This document shows positions 12,817 to 24,382 of a stretch of DNA of 64,000 bases, in pieces. The stretch's first letter is position 1; every line of letters starts with the position of its first letter. Under the pieces are notes generated by a model, which saw nothing but the letters and a program-made list of their open reading frames with translations, was not told the DNA's origin and did no database searches. A program made the position numbers and the translations under genes. This stretch comes from Podarcis muralis (taxonomy: Eukaryota): positions 99,634,001 to 99,698,000 of the forward strand of contig NC_135657.1 in NCBI RefSeq assembly GCF_964188315.1. Reading direction: 5' to 3'.

Positions 12817-15800
12817 TCAGAAGTTGAAAATCTTCCTGATCTGTACAATATACTTTTCATCAAATGGGGGCTTCCTCTGGCTGCCAGGCTGCAAGAATTT
12901 CTTAATTGTAGGGATGTTGCTTACTCTTGTCTTGAAGGCCTAGATGAAAAAACAAGAATCTCCTCTAAGAATAAGGAAAAATTTCCCAACATAGATGGGC
13001 TTACATTTGAGAAAAAGACCCCATCCTTCAGCTTCAAATGTTTGCTTTCCTCTTCCCTCCCCATTCCATTTTCCTTTTGAATCATTGTGAACTTTGGGCA
13101 GGGGTTTTGAAAATGTTATATGTTTTCACATGAATTGTTGTTGTTTCTAGACATGTACAGTGGTACCTCGGGATGCGAACGGGATCTGTTTCGGAGCCCC
13201 GTTCGCATCCTGAACAGATTGTAAGAGGCAACAGCGCATCTGCGCATGCGCGTGTCGCCGCTTCCGCGCATGCGCGTGACGTCATTTTGACCGTCTGCAC
13301 ATGTGTGAGCGGCGAAACCCGGAAGTAACGCGCTCTGTTCATTCCAGGTCGCCGTGGAGCGCAACCCGAAAATACTTATCCTGAAGCGTATTTATCCCGA
13401 GGTATGACTACTGAAAATGGAATTCTTTGATTGTCAAATTCTGAGTCGTTGAAATAAAGTTTTAAGTGCTATTATGACATGGGAGTTTTGAAAAGCAACC
13501 AATCTGCTTAATAATAAGCAGGGGCATATTTTTACAAGCATTGTAAAAGTATTCAGAGATAATTATACACATGAGTCTAAATCAGTGAAAGAATGCATCT
13601 ATGGAAAAAGATCTGTGGTCCCATGGTGTTGAATCCACATGTGAAATCTGAACTTTCTCTATAGTCTTTCTACAAGGCCCCCTCCAACTCTATGATCTCA
13701 TGAGCCATTTTTAGTCAGGTTGTCTTGCCATGCATCAAACTGAGGCAATTCTAGCCAGGAGATGAAGCACTTTTACCATCAAGCAAAGTAGATGCAGAAG
13801 TCTAGATGCCTGCTCCACAGAAACTTCCAGATGCCTGACATAAGGACATAAGACATATCCCCCAGATGGCCACTTGGACTTGTCTCATACACTACCATAA
13901 TCACCATCATATAGATGATGACAATCTAAGTGCGGCACACTCCTATGACTGAAGTTTATCCAGTTGCTGTATTTGCACTCTGTGAATACACACAGTCTTA
14001 CAGTTTACGTTCCATCTCATATCTCAGAACATGTCCTAGTTCACTCACTTGCAGCAGAGGAAACGCAGAAAGAACATCGGGCTTCATCTCTTCGACCATC
14101 AGAATAGCTTCAAGCAGATGGACATCTGCCCAGCTGAACTTCCCACCAACAAGGAAATCTTGTCCATGATCTTTTAAAACCTGTGGCATACAAAGAAATA
14201 GAAGTCAGTGTTGAGGGTATGTAGACCCCTGGCTCAGACTGGGCAACAGAGGCTCCTTGTGGATTATTTCTGCTTCTTTTGTAATTCAGACATGTAAGGC
14301 TGAGAGGCAGGCAGGGACTGTCCCATGAGAGTAGCCACTTGGCTTTTTCGTTCAAATATACATTTTACACACTTGCATGTATCCCACTGCATAACACCGA
14401 AAGGCCCTCATTGCTGTGATCCTCTGCTCAGTAGCATTGGAACTTGACATTGGGGTGGGAAACCACATATTTGCTGGACTCCAGCTCCCATCAGCCCTAG
14501 CCATCATGGCCAATGGTCAGGAATTAGGAGAGTTGTAGTACAAAATGTTGGTAGACTTGTAGGTTTACTATTCCACATTTAAGTGCTTCTGCAGAATTTT
14601 GCTACTGCTTTGGATGGTTCCCCCCATACACCTTCAGCAGTTAAGATCTAGTTGCACATTCTACGTTGCTACCTGACAAGCCCTTACCTTTTCATAAACT
14701 GGGAAATATCTGGTTGTGGCCCTCTCAAACATTAGGCTGGTCTGCTTTTCTTTGTTCTCAGGGGGCTGGAAAGGGAGGGTCATTATCATCCCCATCAGAT
14801 CAGTTGTTCCTTCCACGTACATGTCAATCCTGAAAGAAGCCATTAGAACAGTTACTTTCTTTTTTGTTCTTCTTCTTGTTGTTGCTGTCAATCAAAATAC
14901 AAGAAAATCAAAATATAATTACAGCATATTATACGCCCCAAAATTAGAAATACATTAACAATATAACGTATACAGTAAATAAAAAATAGAAACAGATTCA
15001 ATGATGCTGTTTATCCAAATAGAAATATATATATAATTACTTATGTGACTTTTACCATTCCTAAATTTATATGCAGGTGAAAAATCATGACCAGCTCTAA
15101 TACATTTCAGCAGCCCTGTGGAAGGACATATATTTGTGCAACCAGTCAGTTGCAACCCAGCATGAATGATGGGATCTTCCACACATGTATGGAAGGTTAG
15201 CATATGGAAGGTCAGCAGGCATGATGCATGATGTGTTTGGCATTATCATGTTATTGGACAGTTTCCCTCCCCAAGGAGCTTTAGTCTAAATGTTCTTGTA
15301 AGAATCACATTGTGACATTTAGCTCTGGGAATATAGAGATACATAAACAGAAAGATGATTGAATGTTTGCAGTTCAGGGCAGACATTCTGTGTTTTCAGC
15401 TTCTGTCAAGAGCTGGCTTTCTATTCAAAAATAAACCTAGGGTGAATTCTACATGTTCATAAGTACAGTGCTCTCTCCTTCAGGTCCTTCCCGTAGAGGT
15501 TGTGCTTTGCGGCGATGTAGCTGAGAATAGCTCGCGTCTGCACCATCTTCATCCCATCTATTTCCACCATGGGCACTTGCTGAAACAGGAGCTGTCCATC
15601 TTTAAAGGAGAAAAAGATGGGGATGAATGATTAGACAAACTTAGATAGTTTAAACTAGTACTTCAAATTGATTCAGCCTGCCTTCTTTGAAAGCTAAAAC
15701 TGAAGTATAGCACTCTCTAATAAGGATCACATCTCGGTAGAGCAGCTTTCTTTAGGAAAATGCGGCTCCCCATTGGTTTGTATGATTCAAATAGAGACGT

Positions 15801-15975
15801 TGTTTTCCATTCCAGCCTGTTTTCATTCCATACACTGTTTCTATTCATCATTCATTTCTCTGTCCATTGTAATGGGATTTAAAAAGATTTTTTATTGAAA
15901 ATTTTTGAGATACAATACAATAAAAAACAAATTAATAAAAAAGAGGAAGCAAAAGGAAAACAAAAAGACAAAGAA

Positions 15976-16045
<70 letters not shown>

Positions 16046-18495
16046 ATACAAAGCCCTTTTTAGGTGGATCTTAACATTTATCTCACACAAAAGTGGATGG
16101 ACCCTCCCAGATCTCACTGGGGGGATCCTCCTTTCCCTGCCTCTCACGCAGGATCATTCATCAGCAATCCATTACTTTCCCACAGTGATAAAATTATGTA
16201 ACTTACAGAATTAGTTACATAGCTTACATTGGTGTTCCGTTACGTCATCCCATTCATTTTGGTGCGACGTAAACTCAAGACAAATGGGGTGTTTGTAAGT
16301 ACTTTCATACTGTTTTCAATGTTGTGTTTTAATATTGCAACCCCCTTTTTGGGGCCTTAGGTTGAAGAACAGGCGGGAAATAAATAAATATAATCAATTA
16401 TGTATCATATGCGGAGAGAAAGAAACAACAGTGAATACCAGTCATATTAAGTGGATTGATTTCCATTCTGGACATGGGCAAATATACCAAGCTGGCAATT
16501 TCTGCTCCCACTTCCATTTCTGTTGAAATTCTATGACATCCCCAAATCCAAATTCCTTTGTGTTTCCCCTGTGCAAGCAAAAACCAAACCATATTTTTTT
16601 TTACCCATGAAAATAACAGTATTTGTAGACTATGATGTGGACCCCAACACTAAGTGATTTCTGAAGTGTTCATTTAAAGAATCAATGGGGGCTCCCCCTT
16701 AATTCTTTAAATATATCAGTCCCATGTAGAGAACACCTTCACCCATAGACTTACTCTTCCGTAATTTTTCCAAGTCTTCATTTGTTTCAATAAATTGTTC
16801 TTCAAACTGAAACAGAATAGAACAAACAGAATCATGTTTGCTTTTCATGTCCTAATTATCTTGAGAGAAATAGATGCTTGTCATTTTCCTTGACTTTAAA
16901 AGCACCTGGAGCTTGGGGGACTGTTTTGAAAACCTGCAAAATGCAATGCAGCCATTAAATTCCTTTCCCCCTGCCTCACTGCTGTATCCTCGTATTGATT
17001 CATATTACAAAAAGGATGGTTGGGATGAAAAGGGCCCCTTTGTCTTGGCAGAAATCATGCGCTTGGTCAGTATACAAGGCAGAGTTTCTTTCCTATGTTT
17101 ATTTTCAGCGTGCCACACCATTCATACGATTCTATTGCTTGAAAGGACTTCAAAAGACAAACCGTCCAACCCACTGAAATGAGATCATGTTGAAGATTCT
17201 GAATCATTCCCAGAGACACATTTGTCTTGGCCTTCCCTCTGTAGCTGGGGAGTGTGATCCCTCTCTCTTATATATAGCATTTTCTATTATGTCAAAAATA
17301 AATTTTTATATATTCTAAAATACACCCACAGGTTCTCTGTTTTTGAAATATATTTGGAGTCGAGAGTGGATTTCATGCTCTTTATTCAGCTCATAGTGGT
17401 GAGGAAGAATGGAAATTCCCCTAGAATGTCTGCTTTATATACATTATTTACACAGCGGGCCCCACGTGATTGGCTAATTCCGGGATTCTTCTGTAGGCCA
17501 GTCAGGTTGCGGATTCACTTCCACCTGGAGCTGGATTGGGTGGCTCCTGTGGACCAGACTGCTGCATTCTGAATCCTATTGTTCTAGGACCAATCAGACT
17601 GCTGCATTCTGAATCCTATTGTTCTAGGACCAATCAGACTGCTGCATTTTGGATCCTATTCAACTCAGTACATAACAGGTTTGCATGTATTTCTCTGAAC
17701 TATATGGCTGATTAGATGACCTATATTCACTTGCCTGGGAGTACAGCCCACCAAACTCATTGGGATTCCCATTTAAGTCAACATGTATAGGATTGTGCTG
17801 TATGATTGAAAACAAACAACTGTCCCTTGAATTGGCAGCCAAATAGTTTTATTACTTGGGATAGAGGTTTTCCTATGCAGCTAGGGCTGCCATACATCTG
17901 GGGAAACCTGGACATGTCCTCTTTTGGAGGGCCGACATGCCGCTGCCAGCCTGAGCTGAGGACTAAGAGGTGCATGGGTGTGGCGGCAGCCCCAGCTCAG
18001 ACTGGCAGTGGCTCGGGCTGTCCTCCTTTTTGCTCTTCAAGATATGGCAACCCTAGATTAACATCAGAGTCTTGTGGCATCTTAAAGCTGCACTGAGTGG
18101 CTGGGGCAACCCAGTCAGATGAGCGGCATATAAACAATAACAACAACAACTAATAATAATAATTTTAGTATGGCATAATTTTTCATGGACTACAGTCCAC
18201 TTCATAAGATGCTTAAAACATTCTCCTGAGTTGCAGTAGAAGTGTATGTGTTTGTGTATACAGACACACAAACGTACAGAGAGAATTGTGTTAATAGCAC
18301 AACATACTGCACATATATTTAGCTGTGTGTGCAAAAGAGGCCATTCATCTTAACTATTGCTAGTTCATTCATCCAGCATTGCCTCCCCGCTTTTATGGTC
18401 ACACAAACCTCCACTCCAGCTGCTGCAAGGAGCCAGCGTATAGATTCCATCTTCCCTCTCCCTCGAACATAGTGCAACTTGGGTTTCCCAGCCAT
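12817..18495 (-). CDS. GSTA: Glutathione S-transferase alpha class, copy a (6 coding exons, 222 aa); paralogue number not assignable
   Basis: Exons 18495-18409, 16806-16755, 15599-15467, 14829-14688, 14180-14049, 12939-12817 (87/52/133/142/132/123 nt = 669 nt), with GT-AG boundaries inside the CDS and no premature stop. Starts [29 protein letters not shown], contains [18 protein letters not shown] and FSWAD, and ends [18 protein letters not shown]. Candidate ATTAAA at 11952-11947. Confidence 0.95.
13158..13410. mobile_element. Tigger/mariner-type MITE (GSTA-a intron 6)
   Basis: TA-CAGTGGTACCTCGGGAT...ATCCCGAGGTATGACTA, with a degenerate right TIR. Confidence 0.8.
15979..16046. repeat. (GAAA)n microsatellite inside an AT-rich L1-3'UTR-like tract
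   Basis: Read directly from the sequence. Confidence 0.9.
17344..17677 (-). mobile_element. Solo LTR (probably Gypsy-type) in GSTA-a intron 2, sense to the gene
   Basis: The minus strand reads TGTTATG...TATTTCA, with about 2.7 tandem 40-bp CCAAT-containing repeats (17553-17660), TATATAAAG at about 17441-17433 and AATAAA at 17386-17381. The TSD is only imperfect. Confidence 0.75.
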
Positions 18496-18910
18496 CTTTT
18501 CAGCCTTCTACTTTGTCAAGTACTGCACAACTGGGTTTCGCAGTAGAACAATGTTATGGACTGTCCTAAAATGGAAGATACAGAAAACTGGGGATCAAAC
18601 AGACAGAACATTGGAAGTGTTGGGATACAACTCCGCTTGTATTGGAGGCTGGTGGGTCTGCACGGGGAGAAAGAAGATAGAGAGGAAACCTCATGGCTTC
18701 CTAGATTGTCCTTTAACATGTGCTGACCTTTCCTCAGGTGCTAGACTGATGCACTCACTCTTGCTGACCTCATTTCCTACGGCTCCCTCTTATCTTGAGA
18801 GAGGAGACATTGTTATGTTTCTCTTGCTGAGAACAAAGAGCAGGCATGGCACTCTTTTTCTCCCTCCACTTTAGTTAGCTAGAACTAGGATCTTTTCTAT
18901 CAAGCATGTA

Positions 18911-19169
18911 CTGTATTTTTCGCTCTATAAGACGCACCAGACCACAAGACGCACCTACTTTTGGGAGGAGGAAAACAAGAAAAAAAATATTCTGAATCCC
19001 AGAAGCCAGAACAGCAAGAGGGATCGCTGCGCAGCGAAAGCAGCAATCCCTCTTGCTGTTCTGGCTTCTGGGATAGCTGCGCAGCCTGCATTTGCTCCAT
19101 AAGACACACACACATTTCCCCTTACTTTTTAGGAGAGAAAAAGTGAGTTTTATAGAGCAAAAAATACGG
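18911..19169. mobile_element. pogo/mariner-type MITE with an internal perfect hairpin
   Basis: TA-flanked TIRs ctgtatttttcgctctata / tatagagcaaaaaatacgg; internal 28-bp inverted repeat at 18997-19024 and 19046-19073. Confidence 0.85.
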
Positions 19170-19482
19170 TATTTCCTTTAATAAACTTGTCTTTCCTAAA
19201 CTCAGAGCCTCAGTGTGATTGCATCAAGGGTAAGGCATGCTCCTCATTGTTAAGCTCAGCTTTTAATGATCATGCACTTAAACTCCATCTCCCATCATTC
19301 GGCAGGTAGACTGCTCTGACTTTGTGCTGGGTGGCAGTTTTATCTGTCGAATTTCCACCTCTCATACAGTTGTTAAAGGCACAAAGCATACAGTTATCCA
19401 CCTTTCAGGCCTTGGAAATAGAATGGGGATGTATGACTAAGCAGATCTGAGTAGCTTAAAACTGAGCTGTTGAACAAGCACA

Positions 19483-19626
19483 CATAGAATCTTAGAATTG
19501 GAAGGGACCACTAGGATCATCTAGTCCAGCCCCCTAAAATTCAGGAATATTTTGCCCAACATGAGTCTCGAACCCACAACCCTGAGATTTAGAGCTTCAT
19601 GCTCTACCCACTGAGCTATCCCAGAC
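19483..19626 (-). mobile_element. tRNA-Lys-derived SINE with CR1-like tail
   Basis: Minus strand reads GGGATAGCTCAGTGGGTAGAGCATG...GGTTCGAG (A and B boxes), then GGACTAGATGATCC...CCCTTCCAATTCTAAGATTCTATG. Confidence 0.8.
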
Positions 19627-20559
19627 CCTCTTTGCTTCTCTGCAGTTTCTTTGTTGATTTTGGATCTTTCTCTCAGGTCAGATACACAGAGTGAACTATG
19701 CCACCAACCCAAGTTCTTGTAGCTGCTCCCTCTCTGTCCTTCTTCCAGCTTTGGATTGGCTATGGAGAGGGCCAGAATTGATCTCAGAGGCTTGCAGTTG
19801 ATGATGAACTGCCCTGAAACCTCTGGGTATAGGGCGGTAAATAAATGCAATAAAGAAATAATAATGGTGATGATGATCTGTTAAATACAATCTGGATTTT
19901 AGTATGCAGCAGCATGACCTTGCAATTAAGTTAACCATTTACCTTAAGTACGGGTTTATGTACCCTGAACCATTTGATAGTGATAGCTGTTGCAACCAGA
20001 GCAACCAACGTTTGAACTGAACACAAAAAGAGTTCTGCTGGATTAGGTCAATGGCCAGCATCTTGCTCTACAGTGCCTAGCCAGATGTCTATGAGAAGCT
20101 TGCAAGCAGAACCTGGGGGGAAAAGTACTCTCCCCTCGTATTGTTTCCAGTAACTGGTATTCAGAAACAGGCTGCCTATGACAGTGGAGGTAGAATTACC
20201 TCTGTGTGATCAGACCATGGACTTCCTCTTGAGCTCACCTTTGCTTATAACATTGCCTGAACTATTGCCTCTGTGTGACCTGAACTTGGACTGTCTCTTG
20301 ACCTTGACCTTGCCTGAATTACTAGCTGGGTGTCCAGTACCTGGACTGCTTTGTGGCCTAATTATGGACCCTTCCCAGCTGAGAGACCTGGCCTGGAACT
20401 CTCCCAATCTTCAGCTTCATTGAATGTCCTCAACTTCTATCATTATGAGGGGGGGGGGGGTGTCCTCTATCCACTTTCTCTACACCATGCATAATTTTAT
20501 ATACATCTATCATAATTTTATACACCTCCATTTGCTCCTGTAGCTGTGCCTTTAATGGT

Positions 20560-20965
20560 CACGTGATGTCCTATAATAGTACTACTCTCCTCTGCCTTGG
20601 TCAGTACTGTATCTGGAGTGCTGTATCCAGTTATGGACACCACAGTTTAAGAAGGTTATTGACAAGCTGAAACGTGTGTAGAGGAGGGTGGGCAAGTTGA
20701 TACAGGATCTAGAAAGGAAGCCTTATGAGCAGGCATAAGCAAACTCGGCCCTCCAGATGTTTGGGGACTACAACTCCCATCATCCCTAGCTAACAGGACC
20801 AGTGGTCGGGGATGATGGGCATTGTAGTCCCAAAACATCTGGAGGGCCAAGTTTGCCTATGCCTGCTTATGAGGAACAGTTGAGAGAGCTAGGTATGTTT
20901 AGCCTGGAAAAGAGAAGACTGAGAGCCCTTCAAATACCTGAAGGGCTGCCACATGGAAGATGGAG
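20560..20965 (+). mobile_element. CR1 LINE fragment interrupted by a hAT MITE
   Basis: CR1-like text (ctggagtgctgtatccagttatggacaccacagtttaagaagg...agcctggaaaagagaagactgag) is split at the duplicated CTTATGAG. Confidence 0.75.
20730..20865. mobile_element. Palindromic hAT MITE
   Basis: CAGGCATAAGCAAACT...AGTTTGCCTATGCCTG, near-fully palindromic; 8-bp TSD CTTATGAG (20722-20729, 20866-20873). Confidence 0.92.
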
Positions 20966-21339
20966 CAAAATGTGCCCAAGGCCCTATAAACTAGGGATTG
21001 TCATTTGATATAGCATGCCTGTTCATTCAGCTTTCATTCAATCTTGAACCCCTCCCGGTTCACTACAGTTTCAGCATTTTGTTGTTCTTGCAGTTTGCTG
21101 TGCAGCAGGGCCTGTAATCCATTTAGAAATGTTTGAGCCAACTTATGTAACAAGGAGGTGTCCACTTACGAAATCAGCTGGGTTCTGTAACCTGACTTCT
21201 CTGACTCATATCAGATGTGCATATATACTGCATGGGTTGCAATGTGAATATGCAGAATACTGTCTTGATACATTCCCCTTTCGTTTCCCCGCAACCTGCT
21301 GCCTGAGTGTGTTCAATGTGTTTGGTCCTTCGTGTTTTC

Positions 21340-21600
21340 TTTTTTTATATAATAAATAATTTCTATTAATTTTCCAGCATACATTTATAATATCCAATCT
21401 AAATTTATCACATATTTTCTCTTTTGGACTTCCTTCAGCCTCTCTAACAATCATCCATTATTCAATTTTTTAATTACACATTTCCTAATTTTTATGTTGC
21501 ATTATATATACCTTCACCCTCTTATTTTTCTTCAACACAATATTCCTCAAACATTCACAGAGCTTCTTGATCGTGTTTTCTGCTTTGGGTTCAAAAGAGC
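21340..21600 (-). mobile_element. L1-type 3' end fragment
   Basis: The minus strand ends in an A-rich tail and has AT-rich L1-3'UTR-like composition. No TSD was confirmed. Confidence 0.5.
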
Positions 21601-22980
21601 ACTTGCCATTCTTGTTGGAAGTGGTCTAGACACCTCAGGTTATTACAGCTAGCCAGTGGGGGGCAGTTGCCCCACTTTTGTGGTGCCTATAGCCCCTCTG
21701 GACAGCAATAATATGGTAGCACTGGGAAAACCCTGCAAAACAAACCAAGGCTGAATAAACCCAACACGAATGCACTATTATTGTGTCAGAACATACTGCA
21801 CAATACAGCCACAAAAAACCACCAGCAGTCTGGAGGGGTCTCTTGTCTCCCAGGTCCAACACTTCAATCGCTACACCACACTGAAAGTTGTTTGTAAGAG
21901 AGGATTTTAAAAAATAAAAAATAAAGGGAGGGAACACATTCTTCCCCCACAGATTTATAGCTTGGACAGAACTATCCATTTGGTAATATGTATGTGTGAA
22001 TTGAAAACTGCGCGCTTCCTAATTTGAGAAGAAATTAAAATGTTAAACAGCAAATAGAACTTCTGAAACAATTGGTTTCCTTAAAGGTCGTGGAAGGAAA
22101 GTTTCCCCTCCTCCTCCTAGGAGCCATCTGAGACTCCCCAAAAGGTTTCCAGGAAAAGTCGTCCCTAACCGCTTCCCCTCTCTCTTGGCATATTACTATT
22201 GTCAGCTTGTTCTTGTAGCAGATGGTAAATTGTTCCAATTAATTCTCTGCGAAGCCCGCCTCACTTTCTTCCCTGCAACATACCACAAAACCCCAGAATA
22301 GTGGACCTTGTTTGCTTTATCCAGCTTCTTCCCCGTTCCTCTTTTTTTCCCTCCCAACACCCTTCACAGCTCAGTAAAAGAAACTCCGGTGATCCAACGT
22401 CTAAGTTTGCAGTTATTTCCCAGCCACGATATATTCCCTATCAAAGCTGCCTATCCAATTTGCTTACCCAGCTAGATTTAATTCTTGCTAACATTTGCCT
22501 TCACCTTTTTAGATTCTACTTCTCGACTCTCTAAAATCCCTCTTTCCCCTTCCCCTTCCCCAGCACAGCAAGCTAGCAACATGCAAACTTTGGCAGATGT
22601 CAAGTTTATTTTAAACAGCTGAACTACTGGCCCCATTTCCCCTCCCCTCCAGCCCTCGTTTATATGGCAGGAAAGCAGCGTCTGATCCTGAACAGTTACT
22701 TCCAAGCTTCTTGTTTTGACTTCCCTTCCACCCACTCGACTGTAGTTTCTGCAATCTGCTTTCCTTTCCCTCCACGCTTTAAAATCCCACCGTCCTGCTT
22801 TCGAAAAGAAAAAAAAAGCCCTTGTTCTCCTTTGCCCATCTCTACTGCAGCTAATGTCTGCTAAAGTGGATTTTTTAAAAATGCAAATCTGTCACCTTTG
22901 CTGCACTTCTCCCTGGTTTAAATTACTTCCCACATAGCTGAGTGCAGAAAGCAAAGCACCTCACATTTTCCAGTACTAAC

Positions 22981-23280
22981 CTCCAAACCTGAATCCCCTT
23001 CCAGGGTCTAGGCAAAGAAACTGAGCTTCAAAAGGCTTTACTTGGTTTGGTTTTGGTTTTTGTTCCACCTTCTCCGAAGATTTGCAGGGGGGGGGGGCGT
23101 TTATCCTGTGACAAAAGCACAACGCCTGCTGCACAGATCCAATCAGCTTTGCCTGAGTTGCCCACAACTTTCTGACACCCAGCCTTTCTCGCCCACCCTT
23201 GCAGATGGGGAGGAGGAAATCTCTGCAGCGTCAGGACTCAGCTGTACAGTAGTCCTATAAAATTCCTGAGGCGTGGCTCC
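22981..23280 (-). promoter_or_regulatory. Predicted promoter and non-coding exon 1 of GSTA-a
   Basis: Collinear homology with 38980-39217 upstream of GSTA-c (ttcctcctcccc, gggtgggc, tgcaaatcttc.gagaaggtggaacaaaaacca, ccctggaag.ggattcagg). Conserved donor GAG|GTTAGT at 22980. Confidence 0.65.
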
Positions 23281-24161
23281 GCTCTGAACAGAGAATATTC
23301 TGGATACTAGTTTATTGTGGACAGAGTTCACTTCATCAGACACTTTCTATGTTATCCTTTGTGTGTGTGTGTGTGTGTGTGTATGTGTGTAAAAAAGATA
23401 AAAATTGAAATGCTCATACACAGTGCTATTTTTGTAGAAAAACAGGTGCCAGAGCTCACCATAAACTTCTCCCCATGTTCTCTTAGAAGGACGATGGCAC
23501 CCACCTGAGAGATGGTGGAACTGAGTTCTAGCAAGTTCCGGCTGGGGGAGAAAGCCCTGCTCATATGCTGATAAATTGTAAAATGCCTCACCGCTTCCCT
23601 CTTCCAGCACCCATTCCCCTATTGCTATTGAATTTGTAAAAAACAGTTATGTGGGTGAGAAAACCTGACTGACAAGACTTGTTTTGCAAGATAGTCATTT
23701 GATTGGATTGGAAAATAAAAATATTGCTCAGAGGAAAACAGAAGGGGAGAAGAAAGACCTTATAATCAAGGCTTTTTTGTGTTGAAAGTGCTTACTGGTA
23801 CGGAGTAGTGGCCATCTTTTGCTGCCCGTGGCAGCCATTTTGCGCTGGCACCCATGGCACTTTTGTCAGTATATGAGTACTGGCACCTCTCTTTCTTTCT
23901 TTTTCAACCAAAAGGTTATGATACTACGATCCTACTACGTATAGCCCCGCTGAATCCAGTAAAGCAATCTTGATTTTTGAAAAAGACTCCTTTCATTCCT
24001 CACTTGAAACAGACAGTATTGATCCCACCAGGAGGAAGAGAGGAGCAGAAGCCAGGACAACTGTAAAGCAGGTAAATGTTTTGCCACCATTTCTCTGCTT
24101 TGCTCCCTTCTGAAGGGACAGGGGAGATGTTGGAGCATCCATGAAGGACCCTAGACCCAGA

Positions 24162-24382
24162 TGTTAAGTTGTGGGTGAACATATCGGACGACACAGCGAT
24201 TCTTCAAACAGCTCTTGTTTATTCACAAGCCAGAACAGAACTGAACTGAAGGGTTCAGCCAACCTGCTTATATAGAGCTCAACTACAAGGCAACAGTAAC
24301 AACTTTCTGTAACTATCCAATCACTGAACGTCACTTTCAATTCCTTATTTGCATATGTGGACCTGAGTGAAAACTATCTACA
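24162..24382 (-). mobile_element. Probable short solo LTR
   Basis: TG...CA termini; the minus strand has an octamer (24347-24354), CTATATAAG (about 24267-24275) and AATAAA (24223-24218). No TSD was found. Confidence 0.55.

Noticed and set aside
13600-15700. GSTA-a and GSTA-c as a false duplication (haplotig or misassembly)
   Set aside because: Exons 2, 3 and 7, introns 1-4 and the TE content differ far beyond allelic levels; only the central tract is near-identical.
17553-17660. 40-bp direct repeats resembling a CRISPR array
   Set aside because: They are contiguous tandem repeats without spacers, inside an LTR in eukaryotic DNA.
19555-19626. tRNA-Lys(CTT)-like sequence
   Set aside because: The anticodon loop and acceptor stem are mutated and it continues into a CR1-like tail, so it is a SINE head and not a tRNA gene. 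The same applies to 44262-44330.
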